Origin: Octopus sinensis | Lineage: Eukaryota | Assembly (NCBI RefSeq): GCF_006345805.1 | Contig: NW_021824710.1 | Span: 1 to 36,317 of the forward strand | Length of the DNA stretch: 36,317 nt | Reading direction: 5' to 3' | Part shown: positions 24,106-34,490 of the stretch, piece after piece | Layout of the letters: the number at the start of each line of letters is the position of its first letter | Numbering within the stretch: the stretch's first letter is position 1 | Position numbers and translations under genes: made by a program | The notes under the pieces: generated by a model | Told to the model about the DNA's origin: nothing | What the model saw: the letters and a program-made list of their open reading frames with translations, nothing else | The model's database searches: none

Positions 24106-24214
24106 CTTTTACTTGTTTCAGTCATTTGACTGCGGCCATGCTGGAGCACCGCCTTTAGTCGAGCAAATCGACCCCGGGACCTATTCTTTGTAAGCCCAGT
24201 ACTTATTCTATCGG
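24106..24214 (-). mobile_element. SINE family 1 tail fragment inside the foldback spacer
   Basis: TTTTACTTGTTTCAGTCATTTGACTGCGGCC...TTCTATCGGT matches 2575-2685. Confidence 0.85.
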
Positions 24215-24230
24215 TATCAGACTGATTTAT

Positions 24231-24371
24231 ATTACTTAATCTCCGAAGAGGCCTTATGATATTTTTGTAAATGTCTCATTTTATATCTATATATTGACCT
24301 ACCATAAAGGGCTAATATTGGTAAAATGAGACATACTTATCTACATGGCCGAAACAGCTGTAAGATGTAAT
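24231..24371 (+). ncRNA. Type I hammerhead ribozyme candidate (CCGAAGA core) with ~90-nt structured insertion in stem II
   Basis: AUUAC-UUA-AUCU-CCGAAGA-GGCC-[insert with 13-bp helix AUGUCUCAUUUUA/UAAAAUGAGACAU]-GGCC-GAAA-CAGCU-GUA-AGAU-GUAAU; perfect ACAGCUGU palindrome; GUA triplet at 24360-24362. Confidence 0.7.
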
Positions 24372-24802
24372 CAATACTTATATTTATATTTACTTATATT
24401 TATATTCCCTTTTATATATATATTCTACTTATTATACAACATTACTTTTTTATGTACACTTTTTTATGTACATTCATTTATGTACACTGATTTGTTCTGC
24501 TTTTATATCTAACCCTACAGTCTCTTATGTGGTGGTTTAATAAAGTATGTGATTGAGTATTATCTGGTAATTGATATTTGATTTAGATGTATTTCTCCAT
24601 TTTCTTATCTTGTATTAGTATTTGTGGTAAATCATTTTACCTTTGCCCATATAATACAGTAAATGAATTGATTACATCGCAATCATTAACATTTATGTAT
24701 TAACTTTGTTTTGGTACTTCACTAGCAGTATATTGGATATATGTTATCCCATGGAGGGTTGCATTTACAAGCCCTATCTCAATTTGTATATATATATACA
24801 TA

Positions 24803-25150
24803 TATACGACAGGCTTCTTTCAGTTTCCGTCTACCAAATCCACTCACAAGGCATTGGTCGGCCCGGGGCTATAGCAGAAGACACTTGCCCAAGATTCCAC
24901 GCAGTGGGACTGAACCCGGAACCATGTGGTTGGTAAGCAAGCTACTTACCACACAACCACTCCTGCGCCTATACACATATATACACACGCATATATAGAT
25001 ACAAAACGGGATTCTTTCAGTTTCCGTCCGCCACAAGGCTTTGATTGCAGTGATTTTGTAGAAGACACTTGCCCAAGTTGCTATGCAGTGGGACTGAACC
25101 TGGAATAATGTAGCTGGGAAGCAAGTTTCTTACGAAACATCCATGCCTGT
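24803..25150 (-). mobile_element. Two tandem SINE family 1 heads
   Basis: GTGGGACTGAACC occurs twice (~24904, ~25087); the first head is intact to GGCGCAGGAGTGG at ~24970. Confidence 0.8.
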
Positions 25151-25249
25151 ATGTATGTATCCACGCATATATATATATATATATATATGTGTATGTTTGT
25201 GTATGTTCGTATGCAATTATATGTCTGTGTATGTATGTAAGCGTGTATG

Positions 25250-25253
25250 TATG

Positions 25254-25344
<91 letters not shown>

Positions 25345-25370
25345 CTTCTATCTATCTATCTATCTATCTA

Positions 25371-25405
<35 letters not shown>

Positions 25406-25410
25406 GTCTA
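25250..25410. repeat. (TCTA)n/(TCTG)n microsatellite
   Basis: Directly visible. Confidence 0.95.
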
Positions 25411-25709
25411 TATACATACATATACATAAAGTTGATGCAATAATTCTGTATGGTGGAGAATAAAACACAATTAACTCACTATAAATATATATGCTTGATT
25501 AACAAATATTTTGAGGAAATGCATTATTTTAAATTGGAACTATTTATTGTTCTGCCATTCCTATTTCTCTGGGTAGTTTTAGCTGGTGGGACCGGAAATA
25601 AGTCTTGAAAATTGTCTGCCACTCGACATATTTTCGGTAGAGGTCGTAAATTGGACAGATTAAACGATAGTCGTCAATTAGAGAGGCACTAATTGATTCG
25701 TCAGGGTTC

Positions 25710-26180
25710 TAAGAGAGAAAGAAGGGTGGAAAGTTTGTATGTATGTGAGAAGAATGAGGGAGAGAGGTGGAGAAGAGGAGAAGAAGAGAAGAGGAGAAAA
25801 GAGAAAAGAAAAGGAGAAGAGATAAAAGGAGGCGAGGAGAGGCGGAGAGTGGAACTAGAAAACTTTGTCGAAGATTTAGGGGAAACAAAAAGCGAAAAGA
25901 GAGAGAGAGAGAGCGAAAACGAGGCAAAGAGAGAATGTGAGAATGGCAAAAGTTAGGAAGGCAGAAAGCGAAGGAAAGAAAAATGTGTGAAAGTGTGAGT
26001 AAAAACGGAAAAATGTAAAGAAATAGAGAGCGAATCGCGATAAGATAGGGACTGAAAGAGAGATAGTGAATGAGAGAAAGAGGGCGAGAAAGAGAGAGAG
26101 AGGGGATTAAGGAGGAAGTAAGTGAGAAAAAGAAAAAGAGAAAGAGGAAGAGAGATAGAATAAGTTGAAAGGAGAGACAA
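25710..26180. repeat. GA-rich low-complexity tract
   Basis: Nearly pure purine strand; yields spurious E/R/K or S/L/F ORFs. Confidence 0.8.
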
Positions 26181-26499
26181 AGTGAACATATCCTAGTTAC
26201 CGCCTCCATCATCAGCGCCCTCCCAACAGCTTCTTTCCTCCTGACAAGCTACCGACTCCTCCTTAGCTTAACCTTTCTCTCCTTCTAACTATCCTTACAA
26301 TGAAAAAAGGGGGAGCGGCTGACATAAAGACCAGCGTCTGTGACACTCATAGTGCTCCTTCACCTCATTGCTCCATTCATTTAATACTGTCTTCTTTGTG
26401 TTACAATAAAAGAATCGAGTATTGGGTGGGGCTGTACTTTTCGTTTTCTATGGATATTTCTGTTTCAGTGGCATTAACTGCTGTGTCACCATTCTTCCA

Positions 26500-27075
26500 T
26501 CCAACACCCACCACCACTATCAATACTCAACAACAGCATCAACAACATCAACAACACCAGCGCCATCACCGCCATCGACGTCGTCATCATTACTATTGTC
26601 ATCAAATGGACAATACGCCACCAACACCACCATCAGCAAAGCCAGCACCTGCACCACCACCACTACCACCACCACTACCACCACTATCACCACCACCACT
26701 ACCACCACCACCACAACTATCACCGCCACCATCACTATCACCACCACCACCACACCACTATCCCCGCCATAACCACCACCACCACCACTATCCCCGCCAT
26801 TACCACGACCACCACGACCACCAGCACCAGCACCAGCACCACCACCATAAGTATTATTACAACCACGGCTACAACTACTTTCTCCATCAACATTTCTCTA
26901 TCAACACCAACACCATCAGCAAAGGCAGCAGCAGCACTACCGCTGACGTCACCACCACCACCACCATCACCACTACCACCACCACCACCGCCACCACCGC
27001 CACCACTATCACAGCTACTATCATCACCAAAATGGACCACCACCATCACAATCACCACCACCACCACCACCATTT
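26500..27075. repeat. Degenerate (CAC/CCA)n low-complexity tract
   Basis: Directly visible; source of the H/P/T-rich ORFs. Confidence 0.8.
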
Positions 27076-27079
27076 GAAA

Positions 27080-27258
27080 CCGGTATTGTTGATTTTAAGC
27101 CCCCGAACCTAGTGGTTCGACAAAAAGTTTCCGATAGAATAAGCACCCAATTTAACAAAAGGAAAGTATGAACAGGTGTCGATTCAATCAACTATTAAAA
27201 GAAAATTCTTCAAGGCAGGGCCCCAGTATTGGCAGAGTCCAGTGACTGAAACAAGGTT
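27080..27258 (+). mobile_element. Diverged SINE family 1-type tail
   Basis: CCGATAGAATAAG...GTGACTGAAACAAG. Confidence 0.6.
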
Positions 27259-28004
27259 TAAAATATGTAGATAGATGGAGATATAAAGGCTAGGCGCGTG
27301 GTAAATGTGTGTGCATATATGTATGTACATATATTCCATCTTCCGTCTTTTATTTGCCATATACGCACGCAGACACACAGACACACACGCACGCACACAC
27401 ACACGCACGCACACACACAGGCACGCACACACACACGCACGCACACACACATACACATTATAATGGGGAAGGCAAGTTTATGAGGTTACCCTGGTTTTCT
27501 CGTACATGATATAGTGTGCTTTTCCACCGGATTTATGTTTTCTATAAAGGATATGTGTGCGCGTGTGTGCGTGCGTGCGTGTGTGTGGGGTGTGTGTTTG
27601 TGTGGGGGTGTATGTATGTGTGTGTCTATGTGTGTGTGTCTGTGTGTGTGTGCGTATGTACCTGTGTGTTGGATGTACCAATTTTTTTTTTCAAATAAAC
27701 TTCTCCATGTGGGGTATATAAAATTTCCGCTTCTAATCCAGATATCTCTGTATTTCTCCACATCCGAGCCCTTGAGTAACATCACCACAGTCTATAGCAC
27801 TCTCCGAACAGTTAAATATTCCACACATATCATACAAACATACACCCATTCACAATGCCCGTCTCATTTAAGCCAACTTCCTTCCCATTTCCTGCTTGTT
27901 TCATTCCTGGCCTTTTTCACTTATTCACCGGCTATAAAATTTGTACTTCTATCTATCTATCTATCTATCTATCCGTCCATCACACACGCATACACACATA
28001 AATA

Positions 28005-28150
28005 TGTATACGACGGGCTTCTTTCAGTTTTCGTCTACCAAATCAATTCACAAAGCCCGAGGCTGTAGAAGGAGACACTTTGGCAATGGAATTGAAACCC
28101 ACAACCATGTAGTTGGGAAGCATATTTCTTCCTATACAGCCAGTTCTACA
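28005..28150 (-). mobile_element. Diverged SINE family 1 head
   Basis: ATACGACGGGCTTCTTTCAGTTTTCGTCTACCAAATC...AACCATGTAGTTGGGAAGC. Confidence 0.65.
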
Positions 28151-28226
28151 CACACACACACACACATACACACACAGACATACACAAACACACAAATACA
28201 TGCACACACATGTATATATATATACA

Positions 28227-28260
<34 letters not shown>

Positions 28261-28384
28261 GATGTATATTATACGGAATTTTGTCAGTGATCAGGCCGTG
28301 TTCTAAAAGCGACAAAAATATTTTGGCAAATTAGATATAATTGTTGAAGTGAATCTATGTGTATGTATATATATATATGAAACG

Positions 28385-28590
28385 AAGGTGCCACGTAAAA
28401 AGCTTTGGTGTGGATGCTGGTTAAAAGTAACCAGTACACTCAATGAAATGGTTGCCGTTAGGAAGGGTACCCAGGCGTGTAGACCAACCCAACAATGACC
28501 ATGAAACCTCGTGCGGCCCCTGACTTTGCCAGTTCCGGTCAAGCCCTCCAACTCATGTCAGTATAAAAGACAGACGTTAAATGTTGTTGT
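28385..28590 (+). mobile_element. Probable RTE-type LINE/SINE 3' end
   Basis: GGAAGGGTACCCAGGCGT...GTCAAGCCCTCCAACTCATG...GACGTTAAATGTTGTTGTTGATGAT resembles RTE-like 3' UTRs ending in short tandem repeats (recognition from memory). Confidence 0.45.
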
Positions 28591-28642
28591 TGATGATATA
28601 TATATTATGTATTATATATATAACACACAGACACACACAAAT

Positions 28643-28673
<31 letters not shown>

Positions 28674-29764
28674 AACGCACACGCACACACACGCACACAC
28701 ACACACACACAAAACAGTCGTTGATAATGGCAGCACTGTAGACATTGATGCTAATTCATTGGCTAGCGGTTCTGGGTATGAATCCAGAAAGAAAAATTAT
28801 TTGGTAGTTACACATTTACAGAGGACAAAACTCTTTTTTCTCTCTTGTATCAAACTGGCAAACTGGCACAATAGGAATTTTTAAAAAAATTAATATACTG
28901 TGCTTTCGAAACGAACCTCTTCTCTACTTCTTTGGTACTGTAACTTTTTAAGCAAACATCGCAGATACAGTCTTCCTGTCGGTCTCTACCCGATGTGAAT
29001 TTTTCTTTTCGATTTATTATTCGCTTTGATTCTTCTTTTTCTCCACTCACGTACCCTCATTATGGTATGGTGACACGTCACAGGCTTGGAGTCAATGTCA
29101 ACGACGAATCAGTCATAATAAAGATCTGATGTTTTCCGTATTTGCATTTTTAACTCGGAAGTCAATCCCAGTCGCCTCCTCCCTTTTATCGTGTTTTTTA
29201 GGATAAACATTTTAATACTGTAACCCTTCAAGAATCTACAGAGTTGGCGCTGAACAGAGGGTCACTTGGCACATATCTCTATATCACATTGGCTAGCATG
29301 CTAGGACTCAATTCTATCCAAGATGTAATGTAGATCCCTAAAGATGTAACTCCATTCAAGTACTCACATGAGCAATGATCGCAAGGAACGTTCGTTAAAA
29401 ATTGCAGATATGGCCTTAGCAACCATCTAAGATTTAGCGATCTTGCCTTCTTATGCCGTGGGCAAGATGTCTCTATATCTTATGCCGTAGATATTTAACT
29501 TTCTTCTTGCCTTACCCAATATCGACCATGTTTTACATGTACAGCATGTAAATATACTTACAATAATTTCTTATTTATGGTTGTTAAATTCATCACCGTT
29601 CTTTCTGTTGGTTATTCAGTTCGTTCCGATCCTCATATCGATTGAAACCACCTGCTAGAGTCTTGTCAGTCACTGTTATTCAAATCTATTTAAATCTATA
29701 AACCAATATTAATCGACCCTTGCATCTTCTGCACTCACATTACTCAATATAGTCGTTCAGCGCA

Positions 29765-30123
29765 TAACCTTGTAGGTGGGACACCGTTAAAATTTTCTTC
29801 AGGTCGAGTAGCCCATCCCAATCAAAAGGTCCCTGAGTAAGGGCTGTTTAAGGGTGTTGAACGAAACACAAATGTTTCCAGAGATGAATTATTCAAAAGA
29901 ATTCCTCTCAGCACACAGCTATGATGCTCCCCCACTTCATTGGTTTGTGATCAGAGATGCAAGTATCGTCACCCAACTAGGAACATGCTCAACAGTTTAA
30001 AGTCAAACAACTGATAAGCAAATCTGTGGTATTGAGCAGAATATTTGCTGTGGCCCATCTTTCACATCAAGACAAAACATGTACATGAGAATACCTTCAA
30101 TCAGTTAGGAAGCTATAAGAGCC
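29765..30123 (-). mobile_element. Diverged partial element X
   Basis: Reverse complement matches ~11135-11515 (GCAAATATTCTGCTCAATACCACAGATTTGC; GGATGGGCTACTCGACCTGAAGAAAA). Confidence 0.8.
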
Positions 30124-30133
30124 TGATTTTAAC

Positions 30134-31690
30134 TTGTTGGATCCGGGCGGCAGGTTGGTGGTCCTAAATGTGAATGGTAGCGCCCTTAGATTGGTGGTCG
30201 TCTATGCTCCGTCAGAGGCTGGAAGGCCAGAGCTTTTCAGGTTTCTAGAAACAGTCCTGGGAACATCACGCAGATTAGTAACATTAAGGGACTGTAATGG
30301 GATTTTCGACGCCCGGAAGGAATGTATGGGGCTAGTACAAAGAAGAACGGGATTCAAAAACCTCGAAAACCTACACAGAATCTTCCAATTGACTGATTGG
30401 TATCGACTGGATTAGATTAGAGGGTGAACTAATTAGCAATTAGAAGAGGCGATTAGAAAGGGCATTGCGATCGATACGTTAGCAGTTAGACCATTTCTTC
30501 GAAGCGAAACACGAAAGTTGCATTGTCAGAAAGCTCAAACAGGAAGGAACCAAAGCACTCTGATGGGCCCTAACGGTGGAGACGTGACATGGAGTCAGAA
30601 CACGATTTTGACGATCGGGATGGGCGCGTGCTACTTGGCACCGAGTAGATGTGTGCGGTTTTTCAGCAGCTCTTCGCACAGCTATTTGGAAAGGCGATTG
30701 GTGGATAACGGTACTGAACATTAGTTCTTATCTGGACGGCTTGGCACGGTACCTAGTAGCTGACGCGAGTTTATGTGAAAAGCTAATAAAAGCCGTTGGA
30801 TTTCGGGAGGCGATAAGCGATTGCACAAGTCGCAGATCACCCGGTTTGGATGGTCTGCATTATGAATTCTATGTATCCATACCAGATTTATTTGGTGACC
30901 TTTTGGCATACGTCTACCGCAATTGGCAACAGAACGGGAGAATTCCTAGAGTTGTTAGCAGAGGTGTCATGACACTGCTGAGGAAGAACGCCGACAATGG
31001 AAACATAATAGGTAATTTTCGGCCTATAACTCTGATAAATATGAAAGCCGGTTTGAAAGCAGACGGTTTCGGACCCGTTTTCAAAGGTTGGATCGCTGCA
31101 ATGCACAGCGGCACCTATTCAGTGGTCAAAAAAAAGTAAACGGCCACCTATCAGAGCCGTTTGGCATCGCACGCTCGGTCCGTCAGAGCTGCCCGCTGTC
31201 ACTACTCCTCTACGTATTGGCGCTCGAGCCACTCTGGAAGTTGGAAAAGCTAAGTGGCTTCCCTTTAAATCTGGGACAAGGACGGTCAGTGACAGCATAC
31301 ACGGACGATGTCACCGTCATGGTGTCAGACGTTTTCGAATTGGAGACTTTTGGCATATGAGTCGGTTGCAAAGGTTAAAATCAACGCCGATAAATCGATG
31401 GATTTACGGTTGGGCTTTTGGAGAGGCAGTACGATACAATCGGACGCTAGACCGACGGATCAGTTCAATTTACATACGTCCTTGGTCTGGCAGTACTACT
31501 GAGGGTGCTACCGGTTCGAGATAAACTCTACAGGCACAGACGGACTTGTTCGAGGGTCACGCAGAGTGTCGAAATCGTTCTACACGCACTCGTTCAGTGT
31601 CCGGGCGTTGCTAACTTGTGGGTTTATGTCGAACAGCTGCTTTCATGTGTGGGACGGATCCATTTGTCGGCCATCACTATTGATATTACG
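30134..31690 (+). mobile_element. Old, internally deleted L1/Tx1-clade LINE (APE endonuclease, RT and Zn-binding remnants)
   Basis: GRLVVLNV..RLVVVYAP..DCNGIFD; SPGLDGLHYEFY; NFRPITLIN; SVRQSCPLS; YTDDVTV; LPVRDKL..HALVQCP. Confidence 0.85.
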
Positions 31691-31719
31691 CCCACACTCT
31701 TCCCTGCTCACAATCTACG

Positions 31720-32010
31720 TATTTCCCACATCAGTTCATTATAGTTGCTCACTTTTTCTTATTTCTCTTCAATCTTGTTGTTACCAGGACATATGTCGAT
31801 TATCAAGCATGTTAATTTTTCTTTTATGTTCGCCACAACAATGTCAGCTTTCCGATGTCTAAACTGATGGTTACACTGAATCATTGAGTTCCGCAGGATT
31901 TTTCAGTCTTCACTCTCAGGAACTGCCCCCTGGGATTTGGTCATACCATGTCTTTGGTCTTTGTAGGCCATAATTTCCACAGTTCCCAATGGATCATTCT
32001 TGCCACATAG
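31720..32010 (-). mobile_element. R4/Dong REL-domain relic
   Basis: Minus strand VARMIHWEL...IQCNHQFRHRKADIVV..CLIIDI..KIEEK.EKVSNYNELMW, with stops. Confidence 0.7.
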
Positions 32011-32029
32011 TCACGTAAATGGCGGAGGT

Positions 32030-32370
32030 GGTCCTCTCGTTAAAGTAGGGAATCTTCAAGTAGCAAGTCTTAGAGATACCTCTTGCCACATTTATTTGGC
32101 TCATGTTCGCGTATGAAGTTAACAACGGACGTCGAGTATCCGTTGGCCTCAATTACCTTTAGGATCTGAGTAACATGTGCATCCCTGCTGGTGTTGTAAC
32201 TACATCTCTTGTCATCATATACAGATTTTATATTTCTCTTTGAAGCTTAATTGCTATGTCTCAAGATGTTTATTGGGACCCCATATCTGTAATCGAAGTC
32301 CAGGATGGGCAGTGCAGATTTCTCGTTTCAAAGTTGCTGTTTCGTTAAGCATGATTTGTAACAGATGTTA
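32030..32370 (-). mobile_element. Penelope-like relic (RT-to-endonuclease linker)
   Basis: Minus strand ..ILKVIEANGYSTSVV..YLKIPYFNE resembles the NGY...IPY linker of PLEs; heavily decayed. Confidence 0.5.
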
Positions 32371-32589
32371 GAGAAAGAGAAGGTGAAATAACAATCGTAG
32401 ATTAGGATAGGAGTGAAGGAATCACTGATTTGTTATATTCTAAGGTCAAATTGCACCGGGACTGACTTTATTTCATTGTGGTTGAGGATATAGTGAATAA
32501 TTATTTTTATAGAGTAAGTCAATGAAGTCATCTATAATCGCCCTCACTTCCTACTACGCAGCCAAATCAACATTAGTAGATCATTAATG

Positions 32590-33240
32590 CAGTGAGCTGG
32601 CAGAATCCTTAGCGCGCTGGCCAAAATGCTTAGCGGTACTTCGTTCGTCTTTACGTTGTAAGTTCAAATTAACCCGAAGTCAACTTTGCCTTTCATCCCT
32701 TCGGGGTTGATAAAATAATTATCAGTTAGACACTTTAATCGACTTATCCCTACCCCGAAATTGCTGACTTTGTGCCAACATTTGAAAGCCTCTAAGCTTC
32801 TTAATATCTCTACTAAAGACAGAAGGCCTGAAAATTTGAGGGTGGGGACTAGTCGCTTACATCGACCCGTAAGTGTTTCACTGACACTTAATTTATCGAC
32901 CCCGAAAGGATGAAAGGCAAGATCGACCTCGGTGGAATTTTAACTCAAAACGTAGTGACGGGCGAAATGCTGCTAAGCATTTTGCCCAGCGTGCTAACGA
33001 TTCTGCCAGCTCACCACCTTTAAGCTTCTTAATAACATCTCAACAAATAAGACGGTGATCTGGCAGAAACGTTAGTGCCATTTTATTCGTCTTTACGTCT
33101 GAATTCAAATTCCGCCGATTTCGACTTTGCTCTTCATCCTTTTGACGTCGATATAATAAGTACCAGTTGAACTCTGGGGCCGATGTAATCGATTTAACCC
33201 CTATCCCGAAAGTACTGACCCTGTGTCAAAATTTAAAAGC
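32590..33240. mobile_element. Three family 2 tRNA-SINEs in +/-/+ orientation (32590-32790, 32822-33021, 33050-33240)
   Basis: Each has an AGCTGGCAGAA-like head, a B-box-like GTTCAAATT and the TTTGCCTTTCATCC motif, or their reverse complements. Confidence 0.85.
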
Positions 33241-34490
33241 AATATTAAGATGCTATCAGAAATTACTCCACGATATAGATATAAATGAGAATAAGGGATC
33301 TAATGGTTTGTTATATGAGAAAAACACGTATACTTGTCCTGCCCTTTATTTGCAACCGCGAAAGGAAATGAAAGACCGATTGACTCAGTGATAAAGTGCT
33401 GATCTCACTAAAAATTAATAGCTTAGTGGTTTACTATGTATGAGATCAAATCTTACCATTGGAAAATAAATAATTTTATGTCATCCATTCTTCTGTGACG
33501 AAATTTCTCTCCAGCCATCTGTCTTTTATTATGTGCAATGAAAATTTTTCTTTCTTTTTCTTCCTTTTTTTAAAAAAAAATTTGGTTATTAAATAAACTC
33601 TGGGTCCAAAAAAAGATAAAGAATTTTAAAAAATACTTAATATTTAACTACTGCAGATCAAATTCATTGTTAAATGTAAAGAATAACAAACACCATTAAA
33701 TATTCAAATGGTTCATTTCTGACATAAAACGAGCTAAATGTTATTATTATAGAGATGAAAGAGAAAATATAATTTTAAGGAAACATTGTACAATTTTATT
33801 TTTTCGTTTATTTATTATTTTACAGTTTCCCCGAACCTTCGAAAACTAGTTGTTTCCAGACTCTCATACATCGGCAAAGATAGTTTTAGCGGTTTAATGT
33901 TCAAAGAAATATAATAGGCTATTTAATTAACTTGCTATCATATAAACTCGGTGTAGTTTCTTCAGAAGAAAAAGAAAATTAATATTTAGAACTTCAGTTG
34001 GAATTTATTGGAAAAATAGAGGAGATATTTTTGAAAAATAAGGTTTTATAATATAGAAATATGCTCGTTATAATATCGTTGTTTATTTATTTTTGCTATA
34101 AATTAAATACGTTTATTGACGTAGGAACACAATAGATTTTGGGTAAAAACAAAGAAACAAAGATTTATCTACGAATTCCTCCTTTTTACCAAATATATCT
34201 AGCTATCAGTTTATCTATCTATCCATTTATATATGTATGTGTCTATCTAGCTATCCCTCTATCTATTTATCCATCTATCTATCTATTTATCGATCCAGCT
34301 ATTCATGTACGTGTGTATGTATGTAAGTATGTATTTATCTAGCTATCTACCTATATATCTATCTTTCTATATATTTATCCAACTATCTATTTATAAATTT
34401 ATCTATCTATCTCTTCATCTATCTATTTATCTATTCATCTACATATCTATACCTGTCTGTCTATCTATCTATCTATCGATCTATCTATCT

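Larger units (their letters stand above)
23821..24608. repeat. Long foldback: ~275-bp inverted arms (23821-24094 / 24333-24608); spacer holds a SINE tail piece and the 5' half of a hammerhead
   Basis: ATCTTACAGCTGTTTCGGCCATGTAGATAAGTAT is the reverse complement of ATACTTATCTACATGGCCGAAACAGCTGTAAGAT; the match continues across the arms. Confidence 0.92.

Noticed and set aside
26300-27112. 270-aa His/Pro/Thr-rich ORF with ATG start
   Set aside because: Arises from a degenerate (CAC)n tract that lacks stops; no splice or domain support. The same applies to the 295-aa ORF at 8469-9356.
28850-29056. CICDVCLKSY resembling a C2H2 finger, and a donor-like GAGG|GTACGTGAGT on the minus strand
   Set aside because: No histidine ligands follow, and the sequence upstream of the donor has stops in all frames; no exon can be supported.
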